From Lama glama (Eukaryota), in assembly GCA_028534125.1 (NCBI GenBank), contig CM052817.1:82028001-82092000 (forward strand): DNA of 64,000 nucleotides, read 5' to 3'. Both the position numbers and the translations under genes were made by a program. The notes beneath the pieces were generated by a model. It had not been told where the DNA came from. It searched no databases and saw only the letters and a list, made by a program, of their open reading frames with translations. Numbering within the stretch: the stretch's first letter is position 1; the number at the start of each line of letters is the position of its first letter. This document shows positions 11,516 through 23,474 of the stretch, one piece after another.

Positions 11516-12145
11516 CTCCTGGGCATATATGCAGAAGGAACCCTACTTCAAAAAGACACCTGTCCCAATGTTCATAGCAGCACTATTCACAATAGCCAAG
11601 ACATGGAAACAGCCTAAATGTCTATCAACAGATGACTGGATAAAGAAGATGTGGTATATTCATACAATGGAATACTACTCAGCCACAAAAACCGACAACA
11701 TAATGCCATTTGCAGCAACATGGATGTCCCTGGAGAACGTTATTCTAAGTGAAGTAAGCCAGAAAGAGAAAAATACCATATGAGATCGCTCATATGTGGA
11801 ATCTAAAAAAAAAAGAACATAAATACAAAACAGAAACAGACTCACAGACATAGAATACAAACTTGTGGTTGCCAAGGGGAAGGAGGGTGGGAAGGGATAG
11901 ACTGGGAGTTTGAAATTTGTAGATACTGACAGGCATATGTAGAATAGATAAACAAGATTATACTGTATAGCACAGGGAAATATATACAAGGTCTTGTGGT
12001 AGCTCACAGCAATAAAGAATGCACAATGAATATATGTATGTTCATGTATAACTGAAAAATTGTCCTGTACACTGGAAATTGACACAACATTGTAAACTGA
12101 CTATAACTCAATAAAAAAAGTTAAATAAATTAAAAAATTAAAAAG
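11516..12145 (+). mobile_element. 5'-truncated young L1: ORF2 C-terminus, 3' UTR and A-rich tail
   Basis: ORF 11529-11783 encodes PMFIAALFTIAKTWKQPKC...WIKKMWYI.TMEYYSA.K...FAATWM.LE..ILSEVSQKEK, the L1 ORF2 C-terminus; G-rich 3' UTR; AATAAA and A-rich tail. Confidence 0.97.
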
Positions 12146-12394
12146 AAAGTACAATTTTTGTGTTTTTTCATTTAAAAATTATATTTTATATACCTTAGTG
12201 ACTTTTCTAAATGGGAACATTTAACCCTTGGTTAAAATGATTTTTTGTGAATATTTAATAGTAAAAAAGCCACTACTATTTTATAATACATATTTTGAAT
12301 GTTGGTGTTATTATTTTTTGTAATTTAATGGTTTCTATACACACAGATTAATTTTTATTTCTAGGTATTGCACATAAATTAACTCCATATAACT

Positions 12395-12562
12395 TTTGTG
12401 ACCTTATGCATTCTACAGTAGACCTCTGTTTCTCAGTTTCCTCCTCTATAATATGTGAATAATATTACCTACCCCATTGTATCATTGTGAAGAGTGAGCA
12501 AATTAATACATATAAAATCTGCAATATGACTCGTGGGACAAACTTTCAACAAATATAAGCTG
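12395..12562 (+). mobile_element. MIR SINE fragment
   Basis: ACCTCTGTTTCTCAGTTTCCTC.TCTATAA...AATAATA.TACCTACC...TTGTGAAGA. Confidence 0.75.
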
Positions 12563-14929
12563 TACAGATTCTAGTATGAACAATAGAAATAAATATGTTT
12601 TCAAAGAAGCAAAGGGACATTTTGAATCTCTGTCCTCCCTGCTAGACAGAAAATACTGAGAAAGAAGTGCCCATGTCTATGTAAGTCCCCCCAGACTCCC
12701 CTGGTCTCACAGAGTGCCTGGCACAGAGGACTCGTAACGGCCATTCACTGAGTCAATAACTGGTTTAAAGACCAAACTGGTTAGACTATGAGAAGACTGC
12801 ATGACTTAATAAGGCATTCCCTCTTACTTGCTATGAATCCAGAGCCAGTAATTATACATTGTTTCATGTGTAATTGGTATTATATTAAATTAAATTAAAT
12901 TAACTTGTGGGTTAGTAATTTGAGCAGTTTTCTATACTATGATTTAGCCTTGTTAAGACAATAAACAACTAACAAACTCCATTTCACTACAATTTTTTCT
13001 TATGCAACTTGATAACAAGCTACAAGATACTTAAATAGTTACATTTAATGGGTAGTTCATATTTTTTGTGAATATTTGTATTTTTATTATAAAATATACA
13101 TGAAACAACAATAAAATATTATTTGTCATTTACTTAAAATATGCAATGTGATACATAAATAATAAGAATTTTAACAAGTTTATGTCTAAGATTTACATTC
13201 ATTTTTTTATTCCCTACCCTTAAAATCTTTTCCTTTACCTTATTGCATTACCGAGTATCTAACTTTTTATAAGATTATAAACGAAAAATAAAACTTTTTA
13301 TGAGCAAAGAGATATTGTTTATCCTGTATTTACCAAATGTATGCCTCATTTATCATTTGTGATTATTAATTAATCTTTCAATGTTTGTCCTTTTTCTTGA
13401 TATCAGCAACACACTGTTAAAAAAAATGCTATCTTTTAAAGAGCAATTCTTTATTTTGGTATGCCTTCAAAATTAATGCATGTCTCATAAGCAAAATATT
13501 TACACCTAATGCATAACTTCTATTTTTCGTATCATCCACATTATAGAAGCCTGTTATACAACATGACACAGTAAATGTATGTTTGCAAAGTGAAGATCTG
13601 CCAAATATTTATGTCACAGTATACAGGGTTATCCGATTGTGTAATGGAAAAACCCTGTCACAGCACAGAACACCAGGGCTAGTTTCAAGTTGCTGTGAGA
13701 ACCTAACTTTTGAATCTTCTGATTTATGTAGGCTTCAACATCTCAGCTTAACACTGATCTAACCTTGTTACATTTAGACTTGCATGTATGTGATCTGTTA
13801 ATGGGAGTATGTGTGTGTGAACACACAGGTGTGTGCTCACATATACAGGAGGCCTCAAATACACGGAGCCCTGCAGAGCCATGGAAATCCATGGGCGGAT
13901 TATCACCAGCAATTGCAGGGAAGACAGTCTTGTAAGGGTACTTGGATCCTAAGGTAGGTATTAAAGCTAAAATAACATGCGTCAAAGAGAAGAAGAATGG
14001 CCTCATATGCTGTTTTTACATATGGAACAGATTAATTTTAGTAAGCTGGCAACAAATGTATTCTTGCAATCAACTGTCAATCTACTAAATTTTTATTAGC
14101 TTCATTAGAATTTGGCTTTAATTAGAATCCTCTGAGGGGAACAGAGCCATAGGCCCCCAAAACTCAATTTTCTATCAAATATTTCAATATGTCCTGAAAT
14201 TTAAACTAAAAACTCTATTTCATTGGTTGAATATGCCCTAGAATTAGAAATGTAATTTGGGAATCAGAGCCACATTCTGCATTCTTCATCCAGTCACCAA
14301 CAAAGTAGCAATAAAGTGTTACAGAATTATATTAAAATAAGTTTTCCTTAGGCAATTTAAGTTCCTACTCCTAAATGCTAGTATGAACATGGCCTGGTCA
14401 GGAAAATAACTGTATTAGTATGTGGATTTTTATTTTAAGTGATTTGCTTGTAGAACTGAAAGGCAAAACCTGGATTGTTATTCTAAAAAAGTAATAACCT
14501 TAGGCTGATTTCTAAAAGAAATGTAATTTGAGTTAGGGCAAAGCAGACTAAAGACCAGGTTTCTCATAAAGCATCTGTTTACACAGTTCATTTCAACAAT
14601 CATTTCCTGAGGTTCTACTGGGGGTAAGACTGCCCAAGAGGTCAGATCCAGAAGAGCCCTCTATAAGAGAAGGAAAGAAGAAAGAGACAGTTCTGAAAGG
14701 TGGACTGGTCAAAAAATCACATACTCTCGAGGTTAGGAAGTTGTGACCTTAAAAATCACTAGCACAATGGTCCTTAAATTTTGATATTTCTTAGAACCAC
14801 GTGAGAGACTTATACAAGGACAGACACCCTGTAGCTTTATCCTCTTGAAGGAGCCCGTGCCTCTGTGTTCCTTATTGGGTCTCCAAATGATTTATTACAC
14901 AACTTTGAAGATAGTGTACCAAATGCCTA

Positions 14930-15360
14930 GGAGTAAAGAGGTGGAGCAGAAACACCAACATGAATTTAAGAAGCGACTGGATATTTGAGCTGTTGGCAAT
15001 GTAGACAGCTCTTTTGACATGGAGGTCAGTGAAAATGCAGAGAGAGGGAATAATACTAGGAAAAGTAGTCCAGTCAAATGGAGAATGACAGGAAGGATGC
15101 CGTGATAGAATAGTCCAGTCAAAAACAGGTGTACAGTGTCAGAGAAGAGACAGTGAAGAGACAGAAGTAAGCAAGGAAGAGAAGGATCCAAGTGTTAGAA
15201 GAGATTAAGGTAATCAGATTCAGAACTCTGCTGCAAAGACTAACTGGATAAAGAAGGCCATTTTTTCCCTGGAGGCAAAAAGGAGAAGACAAATAAAGAC
15301 AGTAAAATTGAGACATGGGGGCGGGGTGGGATATTAAGGGAATTGTGTAAAAATGTCTTC
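14930..15360 (-). mobile_element. Degraded L2 fragment
   Basis: Purine-rich + strand with GTAGACAGCTCTTT, a motif typical of antisense L2. Confidence 0.45.
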
Positions 15361-16726
15361 ATGGGCTGAAGATAAAGGGAGTACGAGTGTATCCGTAGTT
15401 AAGAGACAACAGAAACAAAGATGGCTGGTTTTACAAGAAGTTGCTTAGTGATACAGCAAAAAGACTTACAACACCACAAAGTTTGAGGGACTCTATTCTA
15501 TCACGTTAGTGAGAATGTTTTATTAGGCATTTTATACCATATCTAAAATTTACTGAAATGAAAGACATACTGAATAAATATCAGTTTATTTCCTACTTTG
15601 AAAAGGACTGAAATTTATACTTTTCATCCTGATTGTATTTTTTCAGTCATCATCAGAGATTGTTCTTCAGATCATTCATTTTTTATGGATGTCGGGTACA
15701 CAAACTTCATAATAAGCAAGAAAGGGGAGTATTGGTGAGAATTTTTACACTCCAATTAAATATACACAATGGGGGTAATAGGAATAAAAATACATTTCCT
15801 TTTCTTCTTGATTCATATCCTTTCATGGCCTTTGATTATCATTTTGTTTGCTCAGAAAAGTAGAGTGGACTCACCTGGGGTGGGAAGAGATGTCCATGAT
15901 GAGCTTGGAGTCTCAAAGGGACTTTCTAGAGTCCATAAAATGAAAATAGTTACCAAGTTTCATCGAAAAGATATTGATTTTTTGTTACTTGTATTCTATT
16001 TAACATGTCAAAAGCTGGGAAAAAATCCTACTATATGAGAGAGAAGTCAGCTTTTGATATGAAGGAATACGAAAAACCCAAACTTCCAGTCCAATGGAAT
16101 TATAGGGAGGGAAAGAGGATCAAAAATGGAAGCAGAAACAGAGAGAGGATAAAACTCCCATGTGCCTCCTCATTCACAGTCTGGAATCCTAGAGCAAGGC
16201 CTGGGAAAGGTTGAGGGGTAAGCCAAAAACAGGGTTTCCCACATGGGACTCTGGGAGGAGTCTGCCTTGCAGGATTCTCTGTTTATTAACTGGTATAGGA
16301 AAATTTGAGTAAATTAATAGTTGACAAGGTTGAGCAGATGGAGAGCATATGATTATTTCCTAATCTCCCCAACTCCAACCCCTACATATACACACACCCT
16401 TGAGTGGAGTGGAAAAGTCAAAAGTCCACATATGTCCGGGAGTAATAGCTGACAGTGCTGGGCTGGTGAGTTTACCAGGGAGGAAAAAGCATCTGGAGTG
16501 AAATGATCCTGTAAGGAAGGTACAAAGCAGCAAAGCAAGAAGCCGAGAAGAAATCACATCAAAACCTCAAGAATAGGACATAATTCCGTCCTGAGCTAAG
16601 ATGTGGCTAAATCAAAGAGATAATTACTGAGTTCTAACCAAATTGAGAGTGGGAATAAATTCATTCAGTCAATATTTATTGGCTATCCACTATATGGCAT
16701 TTATGGTTGTAAAAATTGGGGACATC

Positions 16727-17646
16727 AGCCTATGTCTATTAAAGAAGCCAAACTAATAATTCATAACCTTCTAAAACAGAAAGCACCAGGTTCAGATGGT
16801 TTCACTGATGAATCTTACCAAATATTTAAGAAAAATGTATACCAACTCACTACAATCTCTTTCAGCGGCTAAGAGCAGAGAAAATATTTCTTAATGCATT
16901 CTATGAGACCAATATGACCTTAATGCCAAATCCAGACAAAGATATTACAAGAAAACTATAGAACAATATTTCTCATGAGCCTGGATCCAAAAATTCTTAA
17001 CAAAATATTAGAAAATCAAATCTAACAATGCATGAAAAAATTATAAACCATGACCAAGTGGAATTTATCCCAAGTATGCAAGGCTGTTTCAACATTCGAA
17101 AATCAGTCAGTGTAATTCATGACATCAACAGATTGAAAAAGAAAAATCAAGTGATTTTATCAATAGATAACGAGAAAGCATTCGACCAAATCTAACACCT
17201 CTTCATGATAAAGACTCTTAGTAAAATAGGAATTGACTGAATCTTTCTCAAGTTGATAAAGACTATCTGCAAAAAAACTTAACAGCTAACATCATACTTA
17301 GTGGTGAGAAACTCGAAGCTTTCACACGAAGATCAGGTGCAAGGCAAGAACGGGCATCCTCGCCACTCATTTTCAATATAGGGCTGATGGATGCGTGTCA
17401 TTTTATATTTGTCCAAATCCAGAGAATGTACAACACTGAGAGTGAACCCTAAGGTCAACTATGGATTTGGGTGATTGTGATGTATCAGTATAGGTTCACT
17501 TTTGATAACAAATGTAGCATTCTGGTGAATGATGTTGTTAATGGGGAAGTCTCAGTGTGTATGAGGCAGGGGACATGCGGGAAATCTTTGTATCATCCTC
17601 TAAATTTTGTTGTCAGTCTAAACCTGATCTAAAAATAAAAGTCTTC
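16727..17646 (+). mobile_element. L1 (L1MC-like): ORF2 RT region joined directly to the 3' UTR
   Basis: CCAGG..CAGATGGTTTCACTG.TGAA, ACCATGACCAAGTGG.ATTTATCCCA.G.ATGCAAGG, AGAAAGCATT.GAC (degenerate PGPDGF, HDQV.FIP.MQG, EKAFD); from ~17387 GAATGTACAACAC..AGAGTGAACCCTAA.GT.AACTATGGA 3' end with AATAAA. Confidence 0.92.
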
Positions 17647-20261
17647 TGAAACAAAAAAGCAAAAACAGTGTCCTCAATGGCTGTTACTGGAATGAAATCT
17701 TTTTATTAGTGATTTTTCTGAAAGCAGGTTTAAAAAAAAATTTTTGGTCATTGAGAGAAAGATTTTCTAAAACTTGTTCACAAACAGAACAAATGTCAGA
17801 TATTTAAATTTCAAACAAACAGACGTCATAAATTAATATAGGTTTATTTTTATTTAAAATAACTTTGAATCATAATTCATTAATTTAAAGCACTGAAGTT
17901 ACTGAATTTATAAATCAAGGTTTTATTCATGACATTTTGTTCATAATTTAGTTTATCTGGGCCATATTTAAGAAATACAATGACAATAACTTCTATAAAT
18001 AAGTGATTTATATAATTTATTGCCATAACTGTGATTCTGTTGATACTCAAACAAGCACTAATATCACACTGAGAGAACAGGTAAAATCAGGGCAATAATG
18101 CAGTTCACAGAATGCTCAACATACCTGGAAGAGTATGAGTGTTCAGACTACACAGATTAAAAGATTTATAGTTGAATAGTGTATATAGTTTGTTAGATGT
18201 TAAGATACTGTAATGTAAATCTTTCTCATTCTTAAAAAATACTGTATTGGAAATTCTCTAGGAAAATATAAATCCTTGTGAATCATATAGAAAATAAGAG
18301 TTGTAAGTCCTCATAAAAGGATGTCCTTGCTTCTAAAACCTTAGAGACATAATTTATTTGTTTGATAGTATTGTGGCTGTTAATTATTTATAATTTCTAT
18401 GCTCAATTACCTATGTAAGTTTCAGAATTATCACTGAGTTCCAAAGAACACTTCTAGTCCCTACCTCTAAAATTATATTTATACTATGTCAAGATCTTTT
18501 TTCTGGAACAGGCATCTCAAAGAGTTTCAGCCTTTTTCCCATCTTCTAACTGGTAAGACAAAGATTCAACAGATATGCTAGAACATAGCTTTAATGGTAT
18601 AATCAGCGATCATTGTGTCTCTGACTTATTAGAAAAGTAAGACTGTTACAGATGGAAAAACAATACTTCTTAGTGAAACCAGATTGGGGAGAATGAGTGT
18701 TGGCTGATGATCAGAACCAGTGGAAGAAGAGTTTTTATTAATTGGACCAGATGGAGACCATTAATAGCAATAATGTGGAAAATAATTAAATTAAACTGAT
18801 AGCTGTTAATTAGCACTATGTAAATGCCTCTGACATAAATTTATAAAAAGCTTACGTCTTGAAATTAAGTTCTTCCTTGATTTTGCTCTTAGACTTTTTT
18901 TCTTCTTTGGTGTAGTGATACCAAGCCATCAGAATTTGCTCATTGCATGTGGTAGCCATGATGAAGTGATTCCTTCATTTAAAAAATACACATAAAACTA
19001 TTAATTAAGCATGTACTGGGTGCCAGTAACAACTAGGAACAATGGTAACTTAAATATATTGCAGGGGGTTTGGAACTTAGGTCACAGCAAATTTCAGAAG
19101 GCAGAGAATTCAGGACATTAAGAAGAAAATGAATAATTTATATACACATTATTTTTAATACATGACAAAACTATCTATATAAAATATACACATTATATAT
19201 TAATTTACCCCAGATATGGCTTGGTATATATAGCAAAAAGTACAAGTCCAATTTGTTGTTCAGTAAGTTTTAAGTCCCTTCCTTCCTTTTATTCTCCCTC
19301 CCTTTTCCCTTTCCTTCTTTCTACTTATTTATTTTTCTGAAGGAAACTGAGTGCCTGCAAAATGAAATAAATTTTCTTGAAGCCTTACAGTTACAGCCAG
19401 AGTTCTTTGAGAAAAAATAAGACAGCAAATCTGGCAAGCAGGGTTTTATTTGCGTGAGAGCTACGGGTCACATGGAAGGAATTCGGATGGTGATTTTGGA
19501 GGCAATAATCTAGTCCTTTGATACCAGGAATAAGATGTTAAAGCCAAAGAGAAGAGCTGACAGCTGTCATCCAAGTCTTGAAAAGATGTACTTGGAGGTG
19601 AGAGAGAGTTGATAGAGATACTCTGCTTTCAGAGGCAAATTTGGAGTAGTAAGTGACATCTAGTAATGTTGCACATATCAGTGCCATCTAATTAAGGAGG
19701 TTGTAGAATAAAATAATCGTTGAGGACCATGGAAGTATAAGCATTTAGCAGTCAGGCCATCCAAGTTTAGCTGGAAATCTTGGCTTTAAAAAAAAATTGT
19801 TGTCATTGATGAAACCAACCACAGTGGCTTTGACCTCAATAGTTAAGCAGAGCAAAGATTTGTAGGCAAAATCATGATAATAATTTTGTCTAGATTCATA
19901 ATTGAAAAATCAGGGTTTTTAATAAACACATCAAGTTAAGTAAATGATAATAAATTACTAGACAAGTAAAATTATTTTGATACTCAGAATCAATGAATGA
20001 AAAATATTATCAATGAGGCCGCATTTAAAATTAAATGGGGTAAATATACAAACAATTATAATAAACTTAAGAATAAAGAAAAAAATGGAAAAAAGTAACA
20101 CAAAAGAGTAATTTCCTTTTAACTAATCATTAGAGAAAGTTTATAATCCACTTGGAAAATAGACAAATATATTATTAACAGTTGTTCAGAAAGTTGTCAA
20201 AGTTGTCCATTTTCCCCCTTGACAAAAACTTTTCTATTTAAAACAATGAGATAGAAGATTG

Positions 20262-20735
20262 ACTTCTAGCAAGATAGCATGGAAGGCCCCACTAACCTGT
20301 GAAACTGGTGAAAATTGTTTTTAAAACTCAATCATTTAAAGCCTGAGGAAGTGGTCCTAAAAGGAAACAACAAAGAAAGACCTCCTCAAGAAAATCTACA
20401 GAAAATTCAGGAAGAAAGGCAGGAGACTGTGGTATATGAACCAAGGTGACCCTCGGCTTCGATGCTCCCAGCTCAGCAAGGCAGACAGCCACTCTTCATG
20501 GCTGTAGCTCCCCTGCCCTGGAGATTCCAGTCAAAAGGCTTTCTTCCTGGGAGGGGCCTGTCTTCAGGATTTTCCCTCCTTGCCCAGCTAACTGTTGCCT
20601 AGACTAAGTCCTGAGCAAGCGGCTGAGACGACATGGCACCCTTCTTTTGTCCAGATCCTACTCACGAGCTGGAGACTGGACCTCAGGCACGGTGTACAGA
20701 GAATACTGGGGTCCCCATTGCTGTCTCCCTGGCCT
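20262..20735 (+). mobile_element. Ancient L1 5' UTR fragment
   Basis: GACTTCT.GCAAGAT.GC start; AACTGGTGAAAATT; CATTTAAAG.CT..GGAA.TGGTCCTAA; CAAGAAAATCTAC motifs recalled from L1M 5' ends. Confidence 0.6.
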
Positions 20736-23431
20736 ATATCTGATTTATTTTTCCCCAAGACCTATCAGAGTGTCCCTCACAGAGTTGGTGCTCAATAAAT
20801 ACTAGCTAGAAAGAAAGGAGTCAGAGAAGGAAAAAATAGAGACATAAAGAGAAGAGGCATACAGTAGACATTTGAGTAGTAACCAGAAAGTGTATAAGCC
20901 AAATGTCAACATCAGTCGGGTATTATATATAGATGATGTTTGAATCCAATTTAAAATTTGTTCTGGAAGAAAGTGCCAATTGGATAGCAAACTACAGTTT
21001 ATTTTTTCAACATTGTGACAGAATTGATGGTCTAGTGAGACTTTAAAACACCATTTTCACAATAAAACTAGTTCTTGGCTTTTCTTTTATTGTATACAGT
21101 TTTGATTTACTGAGCTGAATTCTGCAGTTCTAAGTTGAAAACTTAATGAACAGAACTATTCCCTTTGGCATTTATATCCTCTTCTCATAACAGGTGCTTT
21201 TATTTCATTTCAGAAGAACAGACTTTTCCCTATAAATCAATATAGCATTTCTTCTTTCTTCATTACAATGTCAGCTTCTAGTTTTATTACATTCCATTGG
21301 ATTACACTCTGTATGGGTGCCGAACATATTTATAATATTGGCGGATCAGTTCCCAGCATTTGTTTATTTTTTTTCCTTAACAAGACAGGTACAGTGCATA
21401 TTCTCTTTTAAAACTGATGGGAAAAGTAATTTTAAGTAACTTGTCAAAGGGCTCACATCTTTAACAAGTTTTCAATTTTATCTAAAGGAAACAGATTCTT
21501 CTAATATGCAACTTCTGCATCTACTTAACTCACTACATATCTTTGTGAAACTAATTTGCCATCTTTATGGAACATGAGAGAGATCTACTGGGTATGACAT
21601 TGCTGGTATAGCTTCAGAGACAGACTATTCACGATTAATTAAATCATGCTTAACATGTTGCAGCCATAACTGTGAAGCTCTTGAAAAATGGCTTTACTCT
21701 TAGAAGCATTACTACTGTGAACTTTAATGAGGAGAAATCTTAATACCAAATGATGGAAGTGGGAAATACAATTTCCAGCCTCATAAATTAGATAGTTCTG
21801 CTCTTTGATTTCATAATAATGAAAGTCTGAGATTTATAGATGTAATATGATGTATGTATGCCTCCTTTGGAGGGCAGAGAGATACTTCGTATAACTTTTT
21901 ACAAAGTATTGCTTTTAATTTATCATTTCTCAATAATATTCTGTTTGGAAAATTCAGTTGCTAAAAAAGAGAATTCATCTTTGACAAAACCACGTTGTTG
22001 TAATATTTATAATGAAGTGAACTAAAGAAGACATTTGCAATGCCACATATGCTATCTCCATCAGTGACTCTCCTGAGTGTTTCCCCATCTCCATCACAGT
22101 CTGCCTAGCAAATGATAGCAGTACTTGCAGGGCACACGTGGTAAACTGACAGATGTACTGCTGGAAGGGAAGGGAGATGCTGGTTGCTGCGAGGAACCCT
22201 ACTCAGTGTGGGTGAGAACCTCTGCTCTCTAAAATATATGCTCTAAAATATAACTATGATTTTTAGGCAATTCTCCCAAAAAAGTCTATAGGCAAAGAGG
22301 ATTTGTGACACATGTGAAGTCAATATACATTAAGTATATATAATTTTCACAAGTCATTTGACTTCATTTAGAATTACTTCCATTATGATTCCTTTTTCTT
22401 GTTCCCCTAGAATTCACTATCACTGTCAAGTTCTTCTCATAGTCATTACTATCCTTACTTCCTATTATCTCTAGTATCCCTATATTCTTTGAACCCAGGT
22501 GCAGCATTTTTGTTTCTACTTATGTAAACCTTTGAAAAATGTACTATATTTCTTTCATTAGTAAATAAATTTACTAAGCTCCACAAAATTGTCTTGATCT
22601 ATAACTTGGGACGTAGGAACAGTCGGTAAAGATTATTGTTTTCTTCTTCACGGTATCATGGTCTTAATCTGTGTAGCATTGAGAATATCTAGGTAGAGAG
22701 GATCTGAACTCTAGATTCAAGGAAGACTGAATTAAGAGAGTTGATTTAGAGTCCTCTAAATATGGGAGCACAGATATAAATATATAAATCCAGACAAAGG
22801 GACACAGGGCCAATGAGTTCTGTTCTCTCAACTGGAGTTCAAGATGTTATTATCAAAATGGGGAATGAATAGTAAAGAGTTAAGGCAGCCAGAATCAAGT
22901 TAATTCAAGAAAAAAGTAGGCTTTAAGGGCAATCTAAATCTAAATCTAAGAATTACCTGAGCCTCTAAAAAGAAATGTTAGTCAGTGGCTGATTGGTGTC
23001 CCCAACTCAAAGCAGCACCAGCATCAAGGATGACAGGATTCTGATGTGGAAGGTTAACAACAACATACCTCCTATTTCATTCCACATGTTAGGCTGTGCT
23101 GGTCCACAGTTCAGTGACAGCATTGAGTGAATTAGTGGCTGAGTAAAAGCTTATTTGAAAAGGTCAGACAGATAGAGACCAGAGATTCTTGTCAGAAATT
23201 ACACCATTACCCAGTTGGTGATTTAGAGTAGTATAAGGAAGCGTGTTGACCTGGGTTGGCCTTTGAAATGCCACTGAAGAAACAAAGGATTGGTAAGTTG
23301 TTCCTTCATTTGTTTCTTCCTGCAGTCACTTGCTATTAAAAAACAACTTCCTGGTTATTGGATACAGAATATTATCCTGCTATAGGATACCTTAACCCCT
23401 AATCTAACCCTCATCACCCCCTACGTACAAT

Positions 23432-23462
<31 letters not shown>

Positions 23463-23474
23463 ACACATATATAT
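23432..23474. repeat. (CA)n(TA)n compound microsatellite
   Basis: Seen directly. Confidence 0.95.

Noticed and set aside
11529..12085. 84-aa and 136-aa ORFs as host genes
   Set aside because: They are the L1 ORF2 C-terminus and antisense L1 3' UTR.
13623..13658. Hairpin ACAGGGTT...AACCCTGT as a pre-miRNA
   Set aside because: Only ~36 nt with bulges, too short for a pre-miRNA and not a recognised sequence.
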